NCBI GenBank assembly: GCA_020348445.1 | Contig: CP070751.1 | Location: 2,551,447-2,575,446 of the forward strand | Direction of reading: 5' to 3' | From: Thermoplasmata archaeon | Lineage (GTDB): Archaea > Thermoplasmatota > Thermoplasmata > GCA-020350865 | DNA: 24,000 nucleotides | Shown here: piece after piece, positions 9,224-16,074 of the stretch | Position numbering within the stretch: position 1 is the first letter of the stretch | Layout: each line of letters opens with the position of its first letter | Program-made: the position numbers and the translations under genes | Notes under the pieces: model-generated | What the model was told of the DNA's origin: nothing | Database searches by the model: none | What the model saw: the letters and a program-made list of their open reading frames with translations, nothing else

Positions 9224-9349
9224 TGCGGGGGAAGGGATTCGAACCCTTGAACCACTTCTGGACAGGATGTCCAAACAAGGCGCGTAAATTGAACCCTTAC
9301 ACCTAGGATCTTAAGTCCTGCGCCGTTGGCCATGCTTGGCTACCCCCGC
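9224..9349 (-). tRNA. tRNA-Leu(TAA) with a 41-nt intron (9269..9309) at position 37/38
   Basis: Minus strand GCGGGGG-TA-GCC...GGC-G-CAGGA-CTTAAG|intron|A-TCCTG-variable arm-AAGGG-TTCGAAT-CCCTT-CCCCCGC-A. Acceptor, D, anticodon (CAGGA/TCCTG) and T stems all pair after removing ATCCTAGGTGTAAGGGTTCAATTTACGCGCCTTGTTTGGAC. Confidence 0.93.
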
Positions 9350-9370
9350 ATTTAAGCGGATTCCACCTGA

Positions 9371-9480
9371 GGGGGTAGCCAAGTTCACTTCCCAAGGAAA
9401 CCAAAGCATTTATCATCGAATTGTGGTTTCCTGGGCACAGAGGGGTCTGAAGGACAACTCTAGTGGGCTACCCCTGCATT
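9371..9480 (-). ncRNA. Putative structured leader RNA upstream of tRNA-Leu
   Basis: GGGGTAGCC (9474-9466) pairs with GGCTACCCC, and an internal 12-bp stem CCCAGGAAACCA/TGGTTTCCTTGGG has one bulge (9391-9403/9424-9435). A TATA-like motif GCTTATACC lies about 25 nt upstream (about 9500-9508). Confidence 0.4.
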
Positions 9481-9696
9481 ATGGCAGCACAACCAAAAGG
9501 TATAAGCATAGAGGTTTTTTGTTTTTTCTATTCGAGAGGGATTTTCAGGGATGTTTAAATGCCAGATTTGACCATGTGAACCTGGAAAAAACCCAAAAAA
9601 ACCAAAAATTAATGTATATGTTCGGGTATAATAAGATGTTTAAGATATCAATCTGGAGGTATTTACGTAAGCGATATAACCCAAGCTCTCTCAAAT

Positions 9697-10446
9697 GTGG
9701 CGTATCAAACCTATGAAAAGAGGCTACTTAAGGAGGTCCAAGAGGGACCTATCCCAAAACACATAGCCATTATAATGGACGGCAACAGGAGGTTTGCCAG
9801 GGAATTGGGTATTGAACCAACAGATGGGCATCTTAAGGGTAAGGATAAACTGGAGGAGGTAACTGATTGGTGCCTGGAAGTAGGGGTTAAGATCCTCACT
9901 GTATTTGCATTCTCCACAGAGAATCTGAAGAGAAAGACCCAGGAAATAGACAAGCTAATGGCGCTATTTACAGAAAATTTTCGAAGGGCCGGTGATGATG
10001 AAAGGGCTCATAAACATGGAATAAGAGTGAGAGCCTTGGGACAGAGGAACCTATTACCAAAAGAGGTCCAGGATGCCATAGCCTATGCCGAGGAAAAAAC
10101 AAAGGATTACGATAATTACTTCTTCAATATCGCCGTGGCCTACGGTAGCAGGGAGGAGATATTAAGGGCCATCAAAAACATTGCAGATGATGTAAAGAAC
10201 GGAAACCTGAATTCCGATGATATTGATGAGAAGGTATTTTCTTCTTATCTTTATACAGCTGATCTACCAGACCCTGATCTTGTGCTTCGGACATCTGGTG
10301 AGGAGAGGGTATCAAACTTCCTTTTATGGCAGTTGGCATACTCAGAACTGTATTTTGCTGACATATACTGGCCTGGATTTAGAAAAGTAGAGTTTCTTAG
10401 GGCGATTAGATCTTACCAGAAGAGACAGAGAAGATTTGGTACGTAA
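9697..10446 (+). CDS. uppS: cis-Prenyltransferase (polyprenyl/undecaprenyl diphosphate synthase family)
   Basis: IPKHIAIIMDGNRRFARELG, GHLKGKDKLEEV, LTVFAFSTENLKR, DLVLRTSGEERVSNFLLWQLAYSELYFADIYWPGF. GTG start; the exact N-terminus is uncertain. Confidence 0.93.
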   Translation: MAYQTYEKRLLKEVQEGPIPKHIAIIMDGNRRFARELGIEPTDGHLKGKDKLEEVTDWCLEVGVKILTVFAFSTENLKRKTQEIDKLMALFTENFRRAGDDERAHKHGIRVRALGQRNLLPKEVQDAIAYAEEKTKDYDNYFFNIAVAYGSREEILRAIKNIADDVKNGNLNSDDIDEKVFSSYLYTADLPDPDLVLRTSGEERVSNFLLWQLAYSELYFADIYWPGFRKVEFLRAIRSYQKRQRRFGT

Positions 10447-10521
10447 ATTGTCCATCAATTTTCATCCCATGACAGTTTTTTTTTATCTTTGTCAATCGCA
10501 ATATCCCAAAATATGGAGTTT

Positions 10522-12606
10522 CTAACTCACGATCTGGAAAAGATTCCTTTTCAAAAAATTTCCAAGATCTTTTTGACAATACCCGCATTCTGTAATTCCC
10601 TCCTCTATTGAATTGTGTAAACAATGTACGTGATAAGGCTTTTTGCATTGAATGCAGGGCATCTCGCAAAGGTCCTTGGTTTCCACAACAGGTTGCGTTA
10701 AAAGAGGAAGGCCACATACTGGACATTCTTTTTGACCGCATATTAAACATTTGAACAAGGATGTATTCCATAAAGATAAAGAAAGCCTATTTATTGCATC
10801 AACTAAAAACATACTGGGGGCCCAAGATTTCAATATATCAGTAAAAAAGGCTTTTACAGATTCCTTAAGTTCTAGATCACCAATATCGACTAAAATCTCG
10901 GGGGGAACAAGTGGGTAGGCCTGTGGGACCTTGATATTTAACTGGATCCGTTTAATTTTGGGTGCTGCTTCCCCTAAAATATCTCCCGTAGACGAGGGAA
11001 CTGGTATTGTAACCTTATATCCACCATCCACTACCTCAAAATCTTCAGTAACCAATCTCAGTAGTAATTCTTCGAACTCTCTTCTATATATATTATTTAT
11101 GACCTGGGAGAGGTTCCGAAGAACATCCATTATCCTCTTTTGCGGTTTCTTGGGCCATTTTTTGATTCCCTCCAGTTCCTCTATATCCAAGCCTTTCAGT
11201 TCTTTAGGTAAAGTTACCACAGGGGGAGAGGGGTATCCTCTTAAATCCATATCGATATCGATAAATTTCGGTCCATATGTTGATATCCTTATAAGGAACC
11301 TGTTCTTGCTCAATCTTTCGGCTCGATACTCCCTTTTGATGACCTCGAATTCACTTTCTATCATGGAATCCTCCACCAGCCTAACCTCTATACCCTGTAG
11401 AATATCCACGAGATTAGGTGTAAACACATCCTCCCAGTGCTTCAATTTCTTGAAGATTTCTTCAATACCGCGGATCCTGATCAACAGATCATCAGTGAAG
11501 GTTATGGATGGTTTTTTCGGGAACTCCTTATAATTTATGGTAACGGGATAGATGTTGTAAATCCCAGCATCCAGACATGAAAGGTAGACTACTACATGAT
11601 ACATTTTATCTCCGACCAACTCCAAAGAGAAATTGTTGGAAAGGTCCAGATACTGCGAAATCGCCTCCTCGTTCTCGAAGGAATCTTCAGTGGCTTCTGC
11701 ATCTGGTATCTCAAAATCGTAAGATGGCTCAATTTCAAAAAATGTTTCAGGAAGAACCTCCTTTACCTCAAACACCTCTTCTGAATCGATATCTGAGGAT
11801 TGTGGAGTTACCTCGATAAATTCCCCCTCAGGTAGAACCTCGACAACCTCTTCATTTTTCTCTTCACTTGACTTTTTACCATTTTCAATTTCCTTTACCT
11901 CGGATTGCTTATCCTCCCTCTCAGGATCTTCTTCCTTTATTTCTTCAGATGGTTTTATCCTGGATTGTATATTATAAAGCACATCCACAAGTCTTGGAGG
12001 GGACTTGGGATCCCAGTTGTTCAGATTTTCAAGCAATTCATCTAAACCGTCGATATTCACAAGGAGCTCATCAGTAAAGGAGAAGGTTGGCTTTTTTGGG
12101 TAATATTCAAAATCTATATTGACAAAGTACTGCTCACCGTCTGGCGAGTTTAAAAACACCGAGATGTCCCTGATGCTGCCGTCGATTAAAGCCAAAGAGA
12201 ATTCATCACTTAATTCAAGATACTGGTTGTAGATCTCTTCAGGTATCAGGCTGACCTCTACAGCGGTCTCTTTACCAGGCTCGAGATCTAAAGGAACGGG
12301 AATGTAGCAATGGGGGCATATTCTCTCTGCACCGTCGACACCAGATATGGCATTAAAATACTGCTCGATGCAACCCTTATGGAAGGCCACACCGCATATA
12401 TGTTCGTAATCGGCACCACCCCGCCTGCAGATAGCACATTCTTTTGTTTTTTGCACAACAGTTCTTAGTTTGTGCTGGAATCCGGATTCCACGTCCTTTT
12501 CTGATGATCGAGAAAATTTATTTTTTGGTACCCATATGGGAATCATAGGTATAAGAAATGACAAAGCGCAAATTTTTTTAGATAACAAGGATGGGAAACC
12601 TATCAT
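10522..12606 (-). CDS. Candidate ubiquitin E3-like/scaffold protein: N-terminal RING-like finger, about four degenerate E2/RWD-like domains, C-terminal RING/PHD-like finger
   Basis: N-terminal CAIC-x7-H-x-C-x4-H-x2-C-x17-CPHC (12307-12438). Repeated YP-x-(K/P)P ... W-x-(P) modules at about 11956-12234, 11377-11664, 11089-11355 and 10771-11085. C-terminal CPVC-x19-CIQC-x4-H-x2-C-x11-CGYC (within 10576-10749). Adjacent to and codirectional with E1/E2/JAMM. The family call is inference. Confidence 0.7.
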   Translation of the reverse strand: MIGFPSLLSKKICALSFLIPMIPIWVPKNKFSRSSEKDVESGFQHKLRTVVQKTKECAICRRGGADYEHICGVAFHKGCIEQYFNAISGVDGAERICPHCYIPVPLDLEPGKETAVEVSLIPEEIYNQYLELSDEFSLALIDGSIRDISVFLNSPDGEQYFVNIDFEYYPKKPTFSFTDELLVNIDGLDELLENLNNWDPKSPPRLVDVLYNIQSRIKPSEEIKEEDPEREDKQSEVKEIENGKKSSEEKNEEVVEVLPEGEFIEVTPQSSDIDSEEVFEVKEVLPETFFEIEPSYDFEIPDAEATEDSFENEEAISQYLDLSNNFSLELVGDKMYHVVVYLSCLDAGIYNIYPVTINYKEFPKKPSITFTDDLLIRIRGIEEIFKKLKHWEDVFTPNLVDILQGIEVRLVEDSMIESEFEVIKREYRAERLSKNRFLIRISTYGPKFIDIDMDLRGYPSPPVVTLPKELKGLDIEELEGIKKWPKKPQKRIMDVLRNLSQVINNIYRREFEELLLRLVTEDFEVVDGGYKVTIPVPSSTGDILGEAAPKIKRIQLNIKVPQAYPLVPPEILVDIGDLELKESVKAFFTDILKSWAPSMFLVDAINRLSLSLWNTSLFKCLICGQKECPVCGLPLLTQPVVETKDLCEMPCIQCKKPYHVHCLHNSIEEGITECGYCQKDLGNFLKRNLFQIVS

Positions 12607-12720
12607 GAAAGTGCCTCTTCTTTAATCAAAATAACCGCATAAGCGCAATAAAAAGTTTTCCATTGGATTTTACTGCTGTGTTTTAAATATCAGATATAAA
12701 TTCTTATCTCAAATAAAAAA

Positions 12721-13887
12721 TCAAAGTTCTATCCCGCAGTTTGCGCAGCTTGAATCACCTGGCATTATGGAATCATATCCACAGAATTCGCATTTAGCGG
12801 CTTTCTTGCGCTTTTCCTTCTTATGATCCTTTTTTAGCTTATCAATTGCCTTGTCCGTGGATTTTTGGTGCGACTCCAGTTTAATGCCCACAGATTGCAT
12901 ATCTTTTTGTATCTTCTGGACGAACTTACCCATTTCATCGATGGTCTTCTCCAGATTCTCCACCTTTTCAGTTAAAACGTGTTTCGGCCTCGCGTATTCC
13001 TCCTTGTACTCAAGAACCAATGGATAGCCCTCAGCAAGAAGCATTGTAGCTTCCACCATACAATCCAATACATCCTGTATGATATGCTCTACCTCAACAT
13101 TCTCTATCTCGACAAACTCCGATTTCTCCCCCAACTCAGGTGATTTTAACCTGAAAATCTTCAGATATTCATTGAGTTGAATTCCTTCTTTGAATTTAGA
13201 TGGATCAAAGACTATTGCCACGGCTTTGGGATTCAAGGATTGGTAGCCAGAGTGATTGACCCTGTCCACAGGGGATAAAAACAGCCCATGGCCTGGGTGC
13301 GTGTGATACCATCCAACAATCCAGTTTTCATCTGTCAGGTCTTGGTTTATCTCGTCGGCTTTGGCATAGTGCTCATTTTGGAATTCTACCTCAACCAAAC
13401 TACCGTGAACAATGGGAATTGCATCCATTATCTGTACTTTGGAATCGTCCACATTCCCAACGAGAAATCCCATGCATTCCACCCAATCCTTTCGTGGTGC
13501 CTTGGGATTGGAAAACCTCATTCCATGCCTAAGCACTTTGTTCAAGGCCCTATAACTGATTAAAACCTTTTCCTTTTCTTTTGGGGGGATCTCCTCCTTT
13601 TCCTCTAATGCCCCTTTCATAGCAACTTCTTGTATATCAGTTTCAGCCAGTTCATCAAGCTCTGATAGATAATCGTCTATTTCTTTCTCTTTCTTTTCCT
13701 CCATTTCCTTGGGCCTTTGCTCGATTTTCTCTTCTTTCTTTTCCTCGATTTCTTTGGGCTCTTTTTCTATCTCTTCCTCAATTTCCCTGGGTTCTTTTTC
13801 TATTTCTTCCCTCAATTGGGAGGACTCCTTTTTGAGCTTCCTTTTAGATTTCTTTCTTTTGACCTTAATCCTCTTTTTCTTAGGCAT
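12721..13887 (-). CDS. JAMM/MPN+ metalloprotease, Rpn11/CSN5-like (candidate Ubl precursor processing and deconjugation enzyme)
   Basis: Glu in WVECMGFLVG and the full JAMM motif GWYHTHPGHGLFLSPVD (HxH-x7-SxxD), followed by PKAVAIVFDP. Coiled Lys/Glu-rich N-terminus and C-terminal zinc ribbon CEFCGYD...CANCG. Start reassigned from 13926 to ATG 13887 (MPKKKRIKV), which overlaps the E2 stop by only 8 nt. Confidence 0.92.
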   Translation of the reverse strand: MPKKKRIKVKRKKSKRKLKKESSQLREEIEKEPREIEEEIEKEPKEIEEKKEEKIEQRPKEMEEKKEKEIDDYLSELDELAETDIQEVAMKGALEEKEEIPPKEKEKVLISYRALNKVLRHGMRFSNPKAPRKDWVECMGFLVGNVDDSKVQIMDAIPIVHGSLVEVEFQNEHYAKADEINQDLTDENWIVGWYHTHPGHGLFLSPVDRVNHSGYQSLNPKAVAIVFDPSKFKEGIQLNEYLKIFRLKSPELGEKSEFVEIENVEVEHIIQDVLDCMVEATMLLAEGYPLVLEYKEEYARPKHVLTEKVENLEKTIDEMGKFVQKIQKDMQSVGIKLESHQKSTDKAIDKLKKDHKKEKRKKAAKCEFCGYDSIMPGDSSCANCGIEL

Positions 13888-14416
13888 AATTCTGTGTCCA
13901 CTCCTTGGCCTTATTATCGAATTCATCTTTATTGTATTTATACTGGGCTCCAGCCTCTCTGTTTAGGGGATCGTCCGGATTGAAGAAAGGAGGATAGCAA
14001 TGTATCATGAGTTTCAGACATTCAATGAGCATGGACAAATCTTTTGTGGGTGTCCATCCCATGGTTTTACTCTCGGGATCCACCTTCCCTATCCTGTCCG
14101 GGTTAATGATATCAAAACATACATTGTCCTTCCAAAAGCTCTGTGTCGGAGGGGCTCTGTTGATGTCTATATTGGGATGCCATATTCTGGTATGGCAGAA
14201 CACGCCTGGTGGATAGAACGGGTAATTGTTGAAGGTCTTGATCTCGAAAACGAACCTTCCGTCTTCATAGGGTGTTTCCTCTGCGCCATAAATCGTAACC
14301 TTCAAATGACCAACGAAAGACGCCCCAGGCCAAAGCTCTATTATAACGTATCTATCATTCTGAAAGCGTTGCAAGGCTTCAAAATAATCCCTCTCTATGC
14401 GCTCGAAATCCGCCAA
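13880..14416 (-). CDS. Ubiquitin-conjugating enzyme E2 (UBC fold), with extended active-site loop
   Basis: YPFYPPGVFCHTRIWHPNI (HPN), catalytic Cys in KDNVCFDII (C100, about 14119), GWTPTKDLSML, and C-terminal NPDDPLNREAG..YKYNKDEFDNKAKEWTQNYA, which is very close to eukaryotic UBE2D-type ends. TTG start 2 nt after the E1 stop. Confidence 0.95.
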   Translation of the reverse strand: MADFERIERDYFEALQRFQNDRYVIIELWPGASFVGHLKVTIYGAEETPYEDGRFVFEIKTFNNYPFYPPGVFCHTRIWHPNIDINRAPPTQSFWKDNVCFDIINPDRIGKVDPESKTMGWTPTKDLSMLIECLKLMIHCYPPFFNPDDPLNREAGAQYKYNKDEFDNKAKEWTQNYA

Positions 14417-14418
14417 TA

Positions 14419-15654
14419 CTAGCCCTCCATCTCAATAATGAACTCAGCTTGTTCTCGCTTCAGTTTGCCGTTTTCATCGACAGATGTGTATGTGGCTCTG
14501 AGTATATCACGATTTTGGATTGGTAGATCAGACAATCTACTTCCCATGATGTCTTGGCCGGGAGCTGCGATCACTGATCCATCTATGATCTTGGTGATCA
14601 AGACCGTCTCTTTCAAATCCACTCCTTCTTTTTTAAGCGATGATAACATATCAGCAAAAGTAGAATCACTCTTCATTTTAAGGCTCAATTTCACCCTTTC
14701 CTTTCCGCATACAGCACAATTCTCATCCTTGGAGATTTCCACAGGGGTGAATATCCCGTAAGAAGAGCTATATTCAAGATATGAGGGTGACATTATCTCA
14801 CCAATATTAAGGCCCGAAAGGCGGTGAAGGATTTTCAGCACCTCATGGGAGACTATAGCCGATATGACCGCATTGACAGTCAATATGGAAGGGATTTTGT
14901 TCTCTATTATATTCTCCACCTCATGGGGCATGAATTCTTCGGCCTTCGTATGCGGGGATTCCTTTGAAAGCCTGGATGCGATTTTCGCAATCATATCAAG
15001 TTCCTTGTCTGAATATTCTTTATGAATACCATGCTCTTTTACGAACTCGTCCTCAGCCTTGAGTATACACTGCTCCCGGCTTCGGGGTTCGCCTGGGATA
15101 GAACAAGCAACGTACACCTTTTCATCTGCTGGAGGTATGGGAAAGAAGCATCGAAGACAGGGAGTTGCATCTTTTAAGAGAGGATCACCTTCCGGGATTA
15201 TCACCTGGACATTTCCCTTGAAACCAGTTGCAGCTCCATCAACATATGGCTTGCACAATTCATGTGCCAACCTGTTTAAAGCGAACCTTGCGGAAAAAGA
15301 GTCCAGGCCTCCTGCAATGAGATCCACACCCTCGAATACACTCATTGGTAAATCTTGAAATTTTTGGGTATAGGTTTCGATACTAACATCCGGATTTAGA
15401 ATCTTCAGTTTTTCTTTGGCTACCTCAGCTTTGAGTCTGCCTCTATCATTGTCAGTAAAAAGCATCTGCCTCGAAAGGTTCGAGGTCTCGATAGTATCCA
15501 TGTCTATCAAAATTAGATTCCCAACACCCACTAAAGCAAGGTTCTTTGCAATCTCACAACCCAATGCCCCTATACCAACGATTAGCACATGGGAAGAAGA
15601 AATGACGTCTTGGTCCCAACCCTCAAGGGAAAGATGTCTGGCATACCTTGCCAT
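14419..15654 (-). CDS. Ubiquitin-activating E1-like enzyme (ThiF fold, UBA3-like)
   Basis: GIGALGCEIAKNLALVGVGNLILIDMDTIETSNLSRQ nucleotide-binding core, zinc-binding CLRC...CAVC, catalytic-Cys region ACSIPGEPRSREQCILKA, and about 90 residues after CAVC consistent with a ubiquitin-fold domain. Start moved from 15741 to ATG 15654 (MARYARHLSLEGW). Confidence 0.93.
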   Translation of the reverse strand: MARYARHLSLEGWDQDVISSSHVLIVGIGALGCEIAKNLALVGVGNLILIDMDTIETSNLSRQMLFTDNDRGRLKAEVAKEKLKILNPDVSIETYTQKFQDLPMSVFEGVDLIAGGLDSFSARFALNRLAHELCKPYVDGAATGFKGNVQVIIPEGDPLLKDATPCLRCFFPIPPADEKVYVACSIPGEPRSREQCILKAEDEFVKEHGIHKEYSDKELDMIAKIASRLSKESPHTKAEEFMPHEVENIIENKIPSILTVNAVISAIVSHEVLKILHRLSGLNIGEIMSPSYLEYSSSYGIFTPVEISKDENCAVCGKERVKLSLKMKSDSTFADMLSSLKKEGVDLKETVLITKIIDGSVIAAPGQDIMGSRLSDLPIQNRDILRATYTSVDENGKLKREQAEFIIEMEG

Positions 15655-15664
15655 ATCTTTTTTA

Positions 15665-15940
15665 TCACTGGAAAATCCAACCACCCGCTTGTTGAGTAAT
15701 GATGGTAATGGTATCCTTTTCAGGTTTGTGGCCCAGATCATTCAACTTCTTTGAAAACACATCATTATCGGAAATGGGCTGGCCCTTATAGATTAGCTGA
15801 ATCACCAAAGCCTGGTGAATCTTATAGGCATTTCTTAGGAGGTTCTTTGTGTCCTTGCATGATGCTTCCTTCGGCACGTTTACAGATTTCGTGCCCTGGT
15901 TTGGCGGCAAACCCATCATCCTAAACTTGTATCTTGGCAT
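15665..15940 (-). CDS. Ubiquitin-like modifier precursor, ends GG-WIFQ
   Basis: 91 aa: ...VIQLIYKGQPISDNDVFSKKLNDLGHKPEKDTITIITQQAGGWIFQ, matching the beta3-to-C-terminal layout of ubiquitin. SD-like AAGGTGAG upstream. Stop lies 10 nt before the E1 start. Confidence 0.9.
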   Translation of the reverse strand: MPRYKFRMMGLPPNQGTKSVNVPKEASCKDTKNLLRNAYKIHQALVIQLIYKGQPISDNDVFSKKLNDLGHKPEKDTITIITQQAGGWIFQ

Positions 15941-16048
15941 GGTCTCACCTTGATGTTGAATGGGGATAATGATAGATTAAGGTGTCGGTTGGGTGTTTTT
16001 CCCACCTATCTATTATTCTTTGGATGAGGATAAAACCGATATCTGATC

Positions 16049-16057
16049 GTATAAAAT
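16049..16057 (-). promoter_or_regulatory. Candidate TATA box for the Ubl-E1-E2-JAMM transcription unit
   Basis: Minus strand ATTTTATAC about 110 nt upstream of the Ubl ATG. The 134-nt gap to the KaiC-like gene suggests a dedicated promoter. Not validated. Confidence 0.35.
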
Positions 16058-16074
16058 AAGCGGTTCTTTTGCCT

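Noticed and set aside
9061-9236. CRISPR-like array from recurring gtgtcygag sequences
   Set aside because: Copies are few, diverged and in opposite orientations, with no regular spacing. Hairpin pairing explains them better.
9224-9349. Split or permuted tRNA interpretation for the two tRNAs
   Set aside because: Both fold normally once a single intron at 37/38 is removed.
9336-9716. Plus-strand ORF 9336..9716 (126 aa)
   Set aside because: It runs across the tRNA-Leu 5' end and its structured leader and has no recognisable domain.
10931-12077. Plus-strand ORFs opposite the 694-aa protein (for example 10931..11533, 11577..11819, 11868..12077)
   Set aside because: Low-complexity translations with no domain features. 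The minus-strand ORF is continuous, 694 aa and has strong zinc-finger motifs.
14419-15654. E1-like gene as a plain MoeB/ThiF sulfur-carrier activating enzyme paired with a SAMP-like protein
   Set aside because: The adjacent bona fide E2 and Rpn11-like JAMM genes and the UBA3-like Cys region fit ubiquitination better, although a dual role is not excluded.
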